Shown piece after piece: positions 51,401 to 61,900 of a stretch of 64,000 bases of DNA. How positions within the stretch are numbered: the stretch's first letter is position 1; every line of letters begins with the position of its first letter. A program made the position numbers and the translations under genes. The notes beneath the pieces were generated by a model. It worked only from the letters and a program-made list of their open reading frames with translations, did not search any database and was not told the DNA's origin. The stretch comes from an uncultured candidatus Porisulfidus sp. (GTDB lineage Bacteria; Pseudomonadota; Gammaproteobacteria; Poriferisulfidales; Oxydemutatoraceae): the NCBI GenBank assembly GCA_965215125.1, contig OZ244052.1:64001-128000 (forward strand), written 5' to 3'.

Positions 51401-54400
51401 AGTCGTCCACACTAAAGTATATCGCTACATCGTTCAGACTATTGAGGTCTGCACTACCGACGCTTATACTCGCATTCTGCAATACCACCACCGGCGTACT
51501 CGGTATCGTGGCATCGGTTCTTTGCGGTACCCGTAGTAGTACATAAGATTGACTACTCTCTATACCGTCTATGCCATTGACATCGGTGTCATTAAAATTG
51601 CCGGTGACATTAAAACTGCCACGATACGCGGTGCCGCTTTTGATGATTGCACCATTCGGTACTACCGTGAGCGACGGGCTTTCGCGTTCTATCGCAAATA
51701 ATGCTTGTGCGCTTGCATCCAACGGCAACGGTGGTGTTGTCGTCACTTCGGTAGGTGTCGTGCCGCCTATGCTCACGACCGGGTCGTTACTTGCAAGGTC
51801 GCGTAATCTATCGTCGGCACTGCGCCCCAGCGTAAAGCCCTCGGTGTTCAGGGCTTCGTCGATGGATAATCCCGATATATCCGTATAGCGTACTATGACC
51901 GTTCTAGTTGTTACTACCGTTATCTCTTCCGCCAGTCTGCCCGACATCGGCTCGTATGTATCGCGACCTTGAAGTTTGCGCAACAAACTATACGATCCAC
52001 TCTGCCTCAAATCCGAAAACTGCGTTGCCGGCACATCCGACGGTGCGGCCACCCTAAATGCCATCGTATAACCGCTCGCCGCTATCTCAAGATCACCCTC
52101 CCTCGCTACCGTATAGCTCGGCGACTCGGTATCTCTCACCGCAACCGCTTCATCGCGGGAATCCAAACGCTCGCCACGTTCAATCTCGTCTTCGGTATTC
52201 ACCGGGTCAACCGGATAATTGCTCACAAAATCCAGCAAATTGTCGCGCCGCGCCAGTGTGAAACCCATAGTCTCCATAACTTCGTCGCTACGCTCGAAGC
52301 GCGTGCTAAAACTAATTGTCGCCGACGCATCGGACACCGCATCCACCGCTATCCGTGCCGTTCGGGTACTCGGCGCACTACCATCACTCGGAATGTGCCA
52401 CAGCCAATACGAAGCGTCATCACCCAGTCCCAAAATACCGTTTGAACCCGATAGACCATCGTCAACTGTCGTATTCGCCGTCACCTCGAATGTTCCGCGA
52501 TACACCAACGGGTCGTTCTCGTCGGGCATTACACCCTGCGCTACAACACCGATGCTCGGGTGCGTTCGGTTGGTCTCAACAAATGCTTCGTCGCTGTCGT
52601 CAAATAGACGATCGGCACCTATGGTAATCGGGATGTTATAGGCAAGGTCGCGCACACCCCCATTATTACCCAGTGTGAAACCTACCGTCTCGCGCGCCTC
52701 GGCTTCGCTTAAACGAATATTGGTAAATACGGTATAGCTGGACGCTTCACCCGTTATACTAAACTCATTAGGATTAGGAACTATGGCATAGCCATCTCCG
52801 GCAAGTTTGCGTAACAAATTAAAAGATCGTGGGCGTATTATAGTATCGTCCAGGAGTTCATCGGCTTCTAACCGAAACCACATGCCATAGCCATTGACAA
52901 TCCCTCTATTGTTTGATGTGGTAATTGTTGGCTTAAAATTGGGATCTATAGATAGCGATATTGTCGGAGCTTGCGTATCTCTACGAGCGATTGCCTCGGC
53001 TGCAGTATCCAACTCGTCTCCGATATCAACCGCAGGCGCATTACCGTAGATATCGACAAAATTAGCGTTTGTGCCGCGAGCTAGGGTAAAGCCTCGGATG
53101 CGTCGTACTGTCTCCACGCTGTCAAGTGTGACAGTATAAGTCAGTGTCGTCGCATCTCCATTACGACTCAACTCGGTCTCGGATGTTCGTAGTATCACAT
53201 GGGTTATTGACGATGCCGACACCGGTAAATTTTCGTCTATGGGCTTCGCAATCACTCGATAAGAACTGCTATCCGCTATTCCCAAAACCTCGCGGTTTGC
53301 CCGTACCGCAAATTCCATCCCATAGCTATTAGGTGTTATTAAATCCGGAACCGCCTCGTATTCGTAGATTGATACAAAACTAGGACGGGGGTCCACATCG
53401 CTTTGCCGGTCAATCGCCCGTACCGTGAATACTAGCGGAACATTGTTACTCAGTGTTATCTCGTCTCTCAGTGCCGTCTGATAGTCTTCAACTATCTTAA
53501 AGTCCGCGCCCAGCACCGCATTACGCCTAAATTCCAGAGATATCGGTAACGATGCTTGCTCGACACGCCCCTCGTCGATCACCACGATGAGTGTTGTATT
53601 TTCATCGTTGAGGTCAACACTAACGATTGTAGGTGTGATCGCCGGTTTGTCCGCCGGTGCGCAAATGCCGTTGCTATCGGTCAAGCATAAGTTTTCTTTG
53701 TTTACGGTATCGGGGTGGAGTGCCTTGCTAAAACCGATTTCCCATGTGGATTCACCCATTTCATTTTTACCCGTATAAGCCGTGCGTCTCACTTCGGTGA
53801 CATACGGTGCATCGGCATCGTGCGCCAATGCTGCAACGAAGTTACCGTCTGCCAATTCAACATTGTCCACATCTCTGACCATACCGGTGGCGGTACTGAC
53901 CAACCTTAATATACCGTTGCTCACTGCCGATTCAAATCTAAGATTCACATAAGGTTCATTAACCCGATGCGTAGCGGTTGATATTTTGACCGCTTCGCCG
54001 ACACCGTCGATGATGAAGTTAGCTGCAGTTAGCGATGTCGGTATGGTCGCATCCTCGGAAGCGTACACAGCGACACCTTTGGAAAACTTAAGTCGCACAC
54101 CTTTGCCGTCGTCGTGGCGGGCATAATCCTCCACCCAAGTCTTGCCGTCCAATCTGAAACCGCGTAAATCGTTGTCGGCAATACCGAATACCGTGCGATT
54201 TAGCGTACTGGCGTCTCCGTCGCCGGCAATCCAAACCTGATTCTCCGCCCATAATCTGCCGGAAAACGCCAAGCCTGCATCGGCACCCGTGCTACCCTCG
54301 TTTGCATCCAGAGTTCCGTTGCCGTCGGCATCGTAGACGATTTGGCAACTGAATTCTACAAAGTCCTGCCATTCGCTATTGATCGTTGAAAAAGAACCGC

Positions 54401-54995
54401 TAGTGGCTTCCGTAGAAGTGAAATCGGTAGCCTCGGCAAATAGACTCAATAGAGAAGGCGAAGTATCCCTGAAAGTGAATACATAATCTTGGGGGTCGGA
54501 AAAAATACCACCTTTGGTATAGGTGCATTGTCCGGAATTCGTTGCGGTGTCGGTATCGTTGTTATAAAAAGCCGGTGTATTGAGGTTTGCGCCGAATGCC
54601 TCAACATTATAATCTATAGCCACACCACCGACGCTGTACGGCAACGCCACTCCGGTTTTCCGCACCTGAACCACGAATTCCAAGCGATCGTCGCCGGTAT
54701 CGCCGGGAGTACCGTTATCGTCGATGCGTAGACGTTCGGTATCAAACCGCATGTACACCACACCGTTGACATTCGGCATACAGTCGCCGGCATTATTGCC
54801 ACCGCCGATGCTACATGTTTGTGAAAAAGGCTCTGTCCCCGTTATGAAGCGACTTTGCGTTATTTGGTACTGTGCGTAAGTGTCGCTACCGACTGCCAGC
54901 ATCAATAATGTACAGACAAAGAAGTGTATCTTTGATAATGCAATTCTGTCTGTTAGCTTTCTAATAATATATTTAATGCCGGTTGCCACATACAC
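45405..54995 (-). CDS. Giant secreted repeat protein 1 (3196 aa, ~18 beta-rich modules, C-terminal KVFLEGP tag)
   Basis: AGGAGG RBS before GTG; signal-like FFVCTLLMLAVGSDTYAQ; recurring SYxLL / FTLGR / LxDxxxNxP / LD..A motifs. Confidence 0.9.
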   Translation of the reverse strand: MYVATGIKYIIRKLTDRIALSKIHFFVCTLLMLAVGSDTYAQYQITQSRFITGTEPFSQTCSIGGGNNAGDCMPNVNGVVYMRFDTERLRIDDNGTPGDTGDDRLEFVVQVRKTGVALPYSVGGVAIDYNVEAFGANLNTPAFYNNDTDTATNSGQCTYTKGGIFSDPQDYVFTFRDTSPSLLSLFAEATDFTSTEATSGSFSTINSEWQDFVEFSCQIVYDADGNGTLDANEGSTGADAGLAFSGRLWAENQVWIAGDGDASTLNRTVFGIADNDLRGFRLDGKTWVEDYARHDDGKGVRLKFSKGVAVYASEDATIPTSLTAANFIIDGVGEAVKISTATHRVNEPYVNLRFESAVSNGILRLVSTATGMVRDVDNVELADGNFVAALAHDADAPYVTEVRRTAYTGKNEMGESTWEIGFSKALHPDTVNKENLCLTDSNGICAPADKPAITPTIVSVDLNDENTTLIVVIDEGRVEQASLPISLEFRRNAVLGADFKIVEDYQTALRDEITLSNNVPLVFTVRAIDRQSDVDPRPSFVSIYEYEAVPDLITPNSYGMEFAVRANREVLGIADSSSYRVIAKPIDENLPVSASSITHVILRTSETELSRNGDATTLTYTVTLDSVETVRRIRGFTLARGTNANFVDIYGNAPAVDIGDELDTAAEAIARRDTQAPTISLSIDPNFKPTITTSNNRGIVNGYGMWFRLEADELLDDTIIRPRSFNLLRKLAGDGYAIVPNPNEFSITGEASSYTVFTNIRLSEAEARETVGFTLGNNGGVRDLAYNIPITIGADRLFDDSDEAFVETNRTHPSIGVVAQGVMPDENDPLVYRGTFEVTANTTVDDGLSGSNGILGLGDDASYWLWHIPSDGSAPSTRTARIAVDAVSDASATISFSTRFERSDEVMETMGFTLARRDNLLDFVSNYPVDPVNTEDEIERGERLDSRDEAVAVRDTESPSYTVAREGDLEIAASGYTMAFRVAAPSDVPATQFSDLRQSGSYSLLRKLQGRDTYEPMSGRLAEEITVVTTRTVIVRYTDISGLSIDEALNTEGFTLGRSADDRLRDLASNDPVVSIGGTTPTEVTTTPPLPLDASAQALFAIERESPSLTVVPNGAIIKSGTAYRGSFNVTGNFNDTDVNGIDGIESSQSYVLLRVPQRTDATIPSTPVVVLQNASISVGSADLNSLNDVAIYFSVDDSEATSKHRFSLGRKDRLSDLVGNPLVDPMTGEVVTTNSRIDSRVSAEAGIPADNTPNPIISVVAINGKAAPTNNPLVYGGSFEVSVINDKDVSGIAHAGSYNLLRIARDGVHTITTATAMIRVNDATTADVSRRMATVVFSTTLTATGLGQTYGFTLGRRANLEADGMPPLVDTNRSDRLDVAAAAVAVLDSSLQITADAIVDTSKALAQFPPFNQSDGPKAYPEVNFDDNTVNGNRYDMIFEVRSLNRAAIPEIGSTDSYVLLHVPTTGTEINLSEYISANTVEMVSADQARARVRYTVEFGSADDEDAVALTQRTAGFVLGRAAGRLQRSPTELPLNVAAIAIADDARINPNDTAIAKRDTTPPKIAVTVAGSRLGSGGIDINFILQTDSEEYLQPQWNDENDFVLLRRLSTPSWDAVTDYGRSITIFGDIGFSRHFSIFGYRLSENDALDTEGFTLGYNGRSTLRDLSNNDVSQANEDGTINPLQRDRPIDSGDSAFLIRDMNPPFIEVNANSLTLGSAQRDTISYNIVFELASKKLDDDMQEINTRVHGLSSPESYQLLREIEEGNYEIVTSDTYVARGEHLSDYRAGMTYENVGLSVPEAQQTLSFTLSRASNNPDDVNDCPLCDYSSNAPVVAGTTRTATAGMPLDRSETAEAKIEDKTGELITVSAIDEAVPDSSNTNIYTGSFEVRSGNPVRGLSDARSYTLLRLPLVGSDGIGEATETTATLMLSGGSATTTLSRITFRVDLGSIAITQRTYGFILGRARASTENNCVLCDSFGNLPVNRDGTMILGGDPLDTTAMAIVRRDIEPPRIRVTPIDEFVGIQPNRYTMRFRLTASSDVSDAVGSELRALSTYRLLRKLNTDSSYRPVSAVPSQVISPSGDIELIYNDVLPLTIEEISETESFTLGLAVAGRLRDKSGNDPVVSVGGASVTVDPPSPLDESTTAHLAIRRVGNPSIAVTYDRDFNFLTKKGTNYSGTFGLSGNRSIDGITDAESYVLLRVPQRTDTAMPSTPVVVLNDASIDISSANFNNLQSATIYFAVSDPDTTSKHSFALGRKARLTDLVGSPLVDPADDSTVEINERIDSRLDAEASVPTTDTPNPIIRVRANGKAVPFSDNRLKYGGSFRVSSDEMVGGFDQPDSYKLLHIDDEGTHTTITASISVNTSGLVLAEGEVALASVSFNTSLSTAQLIKTIGFTLGRRANLEKGDIPPIVDRAREDRLDASSDAIAKIDRPLQINVEAIVDTQNPLVRDNLVADNIRAYPDLDNGNKYSMVFRVRSETGEAIADIGSTSSYVLLHIPTPDADAVDDLSPYIESNTVEMISSGNTEAKVKYTVTFGEDIGTTALAITRATAGFALGRAADKLQIATIKPLDRLGNLIADDARIDPSTAAIAMRDTTPPEIEVAVTVNGANIDGFVLSFAASTLPLETLRPGWNSSRNYTILRKLKNGNYIPVAEPRIGVTTTRQLNNMRSINVVPFHLSQDEAQETSGFTLAYGGASAIRDLANNDAVPFGSTQSLTINQPFDDRDSALAVRDTNPPFVEVRAQEVIPVDGGRNALPGGYYRLGFDLDYKKIVDGESVDVPLHNNLRSYQLLRQTMTDEFEVVRNYGTRSYRSGTINAMLSYNGVYLSPEEIAQTKNFTLGRAPNDLNADQYEDRCRLCDYFANAPVVVGTTGMVMIGEPLDPNDRAKTVIPRTFARLIVSAVGIAEPNLLDGNEYTMNFRVESESDEAITGLGILDSYKLIHKPTAGNALDLTTFIRNKSITSNSSATEAMLNYRVRFNDVENQTQRTAGFTLARNAGLVDIYGNPTTDRQGEPIALGVEIDTTVTAIARRDTEPPRIAVNAKGRKATETAKDSNIYNMQFLVTVANGEQVRGLNDINSYTLLQILEDGSVMFPNSTATDTITDGGFEIDHTDVRISRNDSNPTVGFTLGRAGTSLRDLANNDPVDANPENATEEIDEAEEELDSRRSALARIIRAILIRAKVFLEGPLQ
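51602..53390. repeat. ~1.8-kb near-identical segment shared by the two giant genes, copy 1
   Basis: Aligns with 62212-64000 at offset 10610. Confidence 0.95.
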
Positions 54996-55092
54996 GATTA
55001 GTCCCTCCTAGAAATGCTACCGATATATGGAGCATGACATCATATATACAAATTTGACTTTGTATGAGTCGGGGTACATTGACGGATAGCCT

Positions 55093-55917
55093 TTAGGGGA
55101 CTTGGCTACTTTGAGTTAAATTATTGGCGATGATATCGCTATAATCGGCAGGTGTTACGATACTACTAAAGTTGGTATCGCCGGCGTGATACGCCGAGAT
55201 ACCGATACTGCCGGCAGCCCCGACTGTGTAGTCGGTTATGTTTATTACACCGTTGCGGTCTACATCGCCTCCGTATAACACATGAATATCGTTATCTTTA
55301 CCTTTTAGTGCCGAAGCACCGTCGGCGGCAAGTGCACTGCCGGCAGCACTAAAATCATGACTATAGATATCGGCATTTCTATTCGCATCCGCCGTTCCGG
55401 TGATATTGGTTGCCGAGATAACATCAAGATGGTTTCGGTGGCGAACTACCAAATAAATATCCTCATCGTCCGCTTCCTCCAGCTGTACAAATTCTACATC
55501 GGGGCAGTTAGCTTCGGTTGTCTCAAGTCCCACTGCCGCACAAAGCAATGTCGGATCTTGAATAATCTGCTCGGCGTATCGGGCTGCATCTACCACACGT
55601 CCGTTGCTCAATAAAAATGCCGGCTTGCGAGCAACGACAGTCGTCGCCGCACTTGCCTCATCGCCGGCAGAAGTAGACCTCAATTCAAGTAATACCCAAT
55701 CGACAACACCTTCGGGCACCGCTACCACCTCAATACTCCGACACGATATCGGGCTCTCCGAGTTAATCGTGTAATTACCGTCGCAATAAGGATCTTGTAG
55801 CGGGACCTCAATATCGGTGACCATCCTATCTATCGTTTGTGCACCGATGGCACCGGATAGTAGTACGAGTACCGTCGGTATATAACTTAATCTAATCATT
55901 TTCCTGTTTGCTTTCAT
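55093..55917 (-). CDS. Secreted protein with VDWVLLELR/HRNHL domain and paired dockerin-like Ca-binding loops
   Basis: GAGGA RBS 7 nt before ATG 55917; signal peptide MKANRKMIRLSYIPTVLVLLSGAIGA; GDVDRNGVINITDY and GDTNFSSIVTPADY; ends SQVP. Confidence 0.85.
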   Translation of the reverse strand: MKANRKMIRLSYIPTVLVLLSGAIGAQTIDRMVTDIEVPLQDPYCDGNYTINSESPISCRSIEVVAVPEGVVDWVLLELRSTSAGDEASAATTVVARKPAFLLSNGRVVDAARYAEQIIQDPTLLCAAVGLETTEANCPDVEFVQLEEADDEDIYLVVRHRNHLDVISATNITGTADANRNADIYSHDFSAAGSALAADGASALKGKDNDIHVLYGGDVDRNGVINITDYTVGAAGSIGISAYHAGDTNFSSIVTPADYSDIIANNLTQSSQVP

Positions 55918-55936
55918 CATTTCATCCTCATATAAT

Positions 55937-58900
55937 TTAACGGAACGGTCCCTCAAGGAACAACTTCACTCTCAGTAGCATGCCTCTGACAAGGCCGGCG
56001 ATTGCATCGAGTCTAGAATCCAGTTGTTCACGGTTATCGTCTATGATCTCCATGCTATTTTCGGGGTTGGCATCAACCGGATCGTTATTCGCCAAGTCTC
56101 GCAAACCGGTGCCTGCACGACCCAAAGTAAAGCCGAGCGTCGGGTTTAACGAGTTTTCGGAAATCTCTATGTTATCGTAAGCGATAGTCACACCGCTATC
56201 TATAGGTGTAAGCGTAGCCGTACTAACGATAAGTTGCGGAGAACCGGTTTCGAGTATCTGTAACAGCGTATACGAGTCCGAATTGTCAATGCCTCGCACC
56301 TGCTCGCCGCCGGCAACCGTCACCGTAAAGCGCATGCGGTAACGATTGGTATTTATATCGTCGCGTATTGCCCCGCCGTCGGCAGTGACGATAATTGCCG
56401 GCGGCACGGTATCTCTGCGCGCAATCGCCGTAGAAGTCGTGTCTATCTCTGCCCCCATACCGATCGCTTCGCCTTGCCTATTCATTGCTAGGTTGCCGAG
56501 CATATCGCTCAAACCTTCATTCGCCGCCAGTGCAAACCCTGCGGTGCGTTGGGTTTGCCTTTCCGTATTATTGAATCTTATCGTATAGCCGAGAGTCGCC
56601 TCATCGTTGTCATCGTTTATGATCAGACTACTTGCTCGGATGAAATTATTCAAAACCAAAGCCGTGCCGGTAGTCGGTTTATGGACCAGTCTATACGAGG
56701 TTAATATACCCAGATTGCCACTGATAGGCTGGTCGGATTGTACCACGAAGTTCATCGTATATTCATCACCGTTGTCGGGATTCGGTGTTGCTTCGCTCGC
56801 TGTCACCATCAGAGTCGGTGCAGAAACCGCATCTGCCATGTCTATAGTTGCTACCGCCGCATCACCACGATCGAGTGGCTTAAAGCCGTCGGTCGGCGTC
56901 GTTAGTGTGCCTACGATGGTCTCGGTGGTGCCGGCAACAAACGGGGCATTACTCGCATAATCGCATAGCGGGCAACCGTTCGGGTCATCGGGGTCGCTAA
57001 GCGCACGGGTCAGAGTAAAGCCTGTGATGTTTTCAATTTCGCTCACCGGTACCTGCACATTACCGAAGTATACGGTCGCTCGAGTCGTCGAGACGCTGGT
57101 TGCACTGGAATTTTGAACATTCTGCACCGCAACCAATCCGCCGTCTTCCAATACTCGCAATAATTGATAAGATGTAGCAGAGTCCAAGCCTCTCACATCG
57201 GTTGCATCGACTTTTAGCCCTCCGTCCCATTGCTTTGCGGCAACATCAAAAGTGATATCGTACGCTATCGTATCGGAGCGCACCGTAACGACATTGACGG
57301 GTGATGCGGTCACCTCTATGAACGGTGGGTTTTTATCTGCAATTGTCACCAAAGCGGTGGGAATGATATTTAGAGGTTGGCCTTGCGCAATAGTACTTCC
57401 GATGTCTTCAGTGTCTTGTCGTAATACGTTATTGTTGGATGGGCCGCGAAACAGTACCGACGAACCGTTATAGCCTACCGTGAAGCCTACAGTCTCTCGT
57501 GCTTCGTTTTCACTCAGACGCAAAGAAGAAATCATCACGTCTAAGTCTTCTCCTATTGGATATAGAGGATTGTAGTTCACTTCCGTAGGCTCGCTATACG
57601 AAACCGGATTCGTATTCAAGCTGCGTAATAATCCAATATCCCTTATACTGAAAACACCATTTTGCATTACCAGATTGAAGCTCATATTAAAACCATTAAC
57701 TCCTGCGAAGGCTTCGGTCGGATCAGGATATACCTCTATTTCCGGCATGACCGTATTTCGTGCAGCTATTGCCGAACTTTGCGGATTTATACGCATGCCG
57801 TCTTCTATAGAATCACCCTCACCGTTAAGCGGCAGTGCATCATTCTCTAATTTGCCGGCAGCACGACCCAACACAAAGCCTGCGGTGCGTTGAGTCAGAT
57901 TGACGGTCGCCTCCTCGTCGTCGGCAGCACCGAAGCTTACCGTGTATTTAACTCTAACATGCGTATCGGTAGTGATCGTTTCTACGGTATGCGCGGTTAT
58001 ATATTCGGATAAGTCTATTGCGTTATCCTCGGTCGTCGGTACATGGAGGAGTACATAAGAACTTGTGCTAGCGATATCCGGTACCACTTCACCGTTGAGC
58101 GAGCGCACTTCGAATATCATGCTGTATTGATTGCCATTCAAAAAGCCGGTACTGAGGTTGGCTTCGGGGTATGCTTTGGGATCGGGAACACCACTATAAA
58201 ATGGTGCCTGATTGAAAATATCTGCACTTTCGTCTATAACCGCTTCGGCAGTGATTTGCAACAATTTATCTACTTCGGCTATCGCATCGGCACTTACATC
58301 CAGTCTGCCTTCCGATCCAAGTTGCGGCGGATTGTTTGATGCGTCGGTTAAATTAGCTCGGCGGCCAAGCGTAAAGCCGATAGTTTCATTAACCTCCGCC
58401 AGTGCAGTCAGTGTGGTGGCAAAAGCGACACTTACCTGTAGCTCCGATACCGAGTTCACGGTAATTGTCACCGCCACCTCGGTCGTAGCACCGTCGGTCG
58501 TGAGGCGCAATAACTTATACGATGCTTGATCGTCCAATCCGGTAACCGATTTGTCGCTAGAAACATCAAAACCGCCTTCATACACCAGACGATCATTTAC
58601 GCGGGGGGTTGCTTTGCCGATTGCTTCCACGGTGATAATCGGATTGTCGGTATCAACATTCGGCACGGCAGACGCTGCGGATGTTCTTGAGTCTATGCGC
58701 TCATTAATATCGATCGGGTTACCGGTGTCGGCAAAATCAACCGGAGGATTACCTGCCAAGTCGGTCAACCCGGCTTTGCGCCCTAGGGTGAAACTATGGG
58801 CATTGGTGGCAACGGAATCTTCTACATTAAATTGTATCGTCGCACTTCGTAAATTATTGAAGTCGGCACTGCCGACACTGATGCTTGCATCGGACAATAC

Positions 58901-61900
58901 TACGTCCTGCTCACCGGACAGAACCCGCAACAACACATAAGAGGTACTACTTTCTATGCCGTCTATGCCTTCGAGGGCGGTGACATCGAAACTGCCGATA
59001 TAATTATTGCCATTTTTGCTTAGCGAGTTGGCTGTCACCGTGATTGCCGGACTCGTTCTTTCCACCGCAAGGTGTGCGATGACACTGTCATCCAACGGAG
59101 ACGGTGGGTCTACGGTGACCGGTGCGCCGCCTACCGACATCACCGGATCATTGCCCGAATTGTCTCGTAGCCGTCCCGCTATAGCGAGACCCAGCGTAAA
59201 GGATTCGGTCTCGCTTATCTGCTCTATAGACAACGGCGGCACCGTATAACTTAACTCTATGTTGCCGCCGGCAGAGATCGCTTGCTGCGATGCCGATACC
59301 GGAAGATAACTGTTATCGCCAAGTTTACGCAGCAGCCGGTAGCTACTAGACCGTCGCGCTTCCGAGGCCGTCGTGCTCGATACGTCCGCCGGCGGATCCA
59401 CTCTAAATTTCATCGTATAACCATCGGGGCGTATATCGAGGGAGTCTATCGGTGTTACCGTGAAATGCGGCGACACGATATCTCTGCGCACAATCGCGGT
59501 TACCGTGGTATTTAGAGGATCACCATAAGCTATTACATCGCCGTTCGGGTTGCGCGGTGGATTACTCAAAATATCGCACAAAATACAATCATCTCTAGAA
59601 GCGTTGATGATCGGGGCGCGGCCCAAGATAAAGCCGTAGGTTTGCCGTGCGACTTCCGGCGCAAGCTCTACACCGAAATCAACCGTAACCATTAATTCTC
59701 TACTCCTAAAACTTCTCGATATCGCCAAATAGACAAAAGGATTAGCATTGGGGTTATGGATCTGATAGTCCGCTGCCGGCAGTGCCGACAAGGTTGCGGT
59801 CGTCCCGCCGATTCCGTCTATCGCTACAGGCACTCCGGCACTGCCGTCTTCTTCTAACGGTACACGCAATAGAATATAAGAGGTCGGTTCGTGTAATCTA
59901 CCACCCCCATCTATATTATTGATAATAAACTCGCTACTTCTAACGTCAAATTGCCCGGTATAGATATAAGGGTTGCGTTCATCGGGGCGTGCTTCTCCTC
60001 TCGCCCGTAGTGTGATGGTCGGACTCATTTTATCCGATACTCTAATCTCTGCGCTTTCGCGAGGATCCAGTGGTTCATTGTTTGCCACCGTTTTGGTAGT
60101 GCCGACTGCCACCGGGGCATTGCCCGAATAATCGCATAACGGACAATCGTTCGGATTATTAGCATCGTGTGCACGACGACCTAAAGCGAAACCGAATGTT
60201 TCTTGTTCCTCCGCTATGGTTAGGTTTACATCTTGATATGTTATGCGTGCCTGAGTGGTCGAAATACTCTCAATTATTATACTTCTAGAAAATTCATTAT
60301 GTGGTTCAAAGCTACCGTCTTCGAGAATACGCAATAACTGATAGGGGCCTTGAAGATTTGTTGAACCATCAAGCGCAGATCTCGTACCTAAACCGTGTAC
60401 GAGTGCGTCGACTTCTTTGTCATCTACCAGTGTCTTCGCGGTCATAGTAAAAACAAGTTGAGCTCCGTCAAGCACATCACCTGCCAATCCTCCTGTCACT
60501 TCTATGAACGGCGGGTTGGTGTCTCTGAATGTTACTGCGTCATCTCTGATATCAAAAGGTTGATCTGTTGTGATCGTTTGTGTGGTGGTGCCACCTTGAT
60601 ATACGTCGTTGTTGGACAGATCGCGTAGCGTGGATGCGCCGGAATATCCCAGCGTGAAGCCGACAGTGTCTCGTGTTTCGTTTTCACTCAAACGAAAAGG
60701 ACTAGAAGTGCCTACTGACAGATTATTACTTATTAAAGTGATTAAAGATAAAAATGTATTCACTCTCGCAATAGAACTATAGGCACCCGTATTCAGCTTA
60801 CGGAATATATTATGACTTTCAAACTGTTGCCATTGCGGTTTGAGTGATTCACCGGACTCGGTGCGGGCGTTAAAGTTTACTCTGAAACCATTTTGACCTA
60901 CTACAAGATTACCATCCACCACGACCGTCGGTGATTGCGTATCTCGTGCGGCTATTGCAGCCGGGTTCGGGTTTATACGAGCATTATCGGCTATAGGATT
61001 ACCATCGCTATCCAACGGTTGCGCATCATCCTGTAGTTTGCCCGTTGCACGACCCAGCACAAAACCGGCAGTGCGTTGGGTCAGAGAGACGGCAGCGTCG
61101 GCGGTGTCGGCACCGAACTCTACCGTGTATCGGACCCTCGCTCGGGTTTGATCGAAAGAAACCATCTCTACGCTATTCGCAACGATATAATCCGCCAAGT
61201 TTATTACCTCATTATCATCTGTAGGCACATGAAGTAATACATAAGAACTTGTGCTACCGATTCCCGGTATCGCCGTACCGTTAAGCGAGCGTACTTCAAA
61301 GAGCATACTGTAGCGATTGCCGTTGACATCGGTATCGTTGGCATCGTTAACTTTGGGATAAGCCTTAGGACCGTCGGGTTGATTGAACGGGATGAGACGG
61401 GAAAGATAGTGATTTATATCAGTAATGGCTTCGGCAGTGATTTGCAACGGTCTATCCACTAAGGCAACCGCATCCCCGCTTATGTCCAGTCTGTCGCGAC
61501 GCTCGGCATCTACCACCGCCGATATGTTGCTACTGTTTTTCAAGTTGTCGCGACGACCGAGTGTGAAACCGTAGGTTTGCTCCAGACTTACCACAGTCAG
61601 TGTGGTGGAGAACATAACCGTTGCCGTTGATCCCAAAACATCGGCGGTCGTTGCTTCGTTCACTTGTATCACCGTCATCGTCGTTATTGTATGTTCACCG
61701 TCTCTGGCGATGCGCAATAGATTATAAGAATCGGCATAGCCTATGCCGAGCACATCCTCATTTGCAGTAACTGTAAATGTTCCGCGATATACCAACGGGT
61801 TACCGACATCGGCAACGGCGTTGCCGTCTGCGTCCACCGTAATAATCGGTGCGCCGGTATCGGTTGCAGGTATTGTAGCTTCTGCGGTCGCACGCGAGTC

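Noticed and set aside
55917-55956. Frameshift or pseudogene joining giant 2 to the downstream ORF
   Set aside because: The downstream ORF has its own RBS and signal peptide, and giant 1 ends at the same motif with a clean stop.
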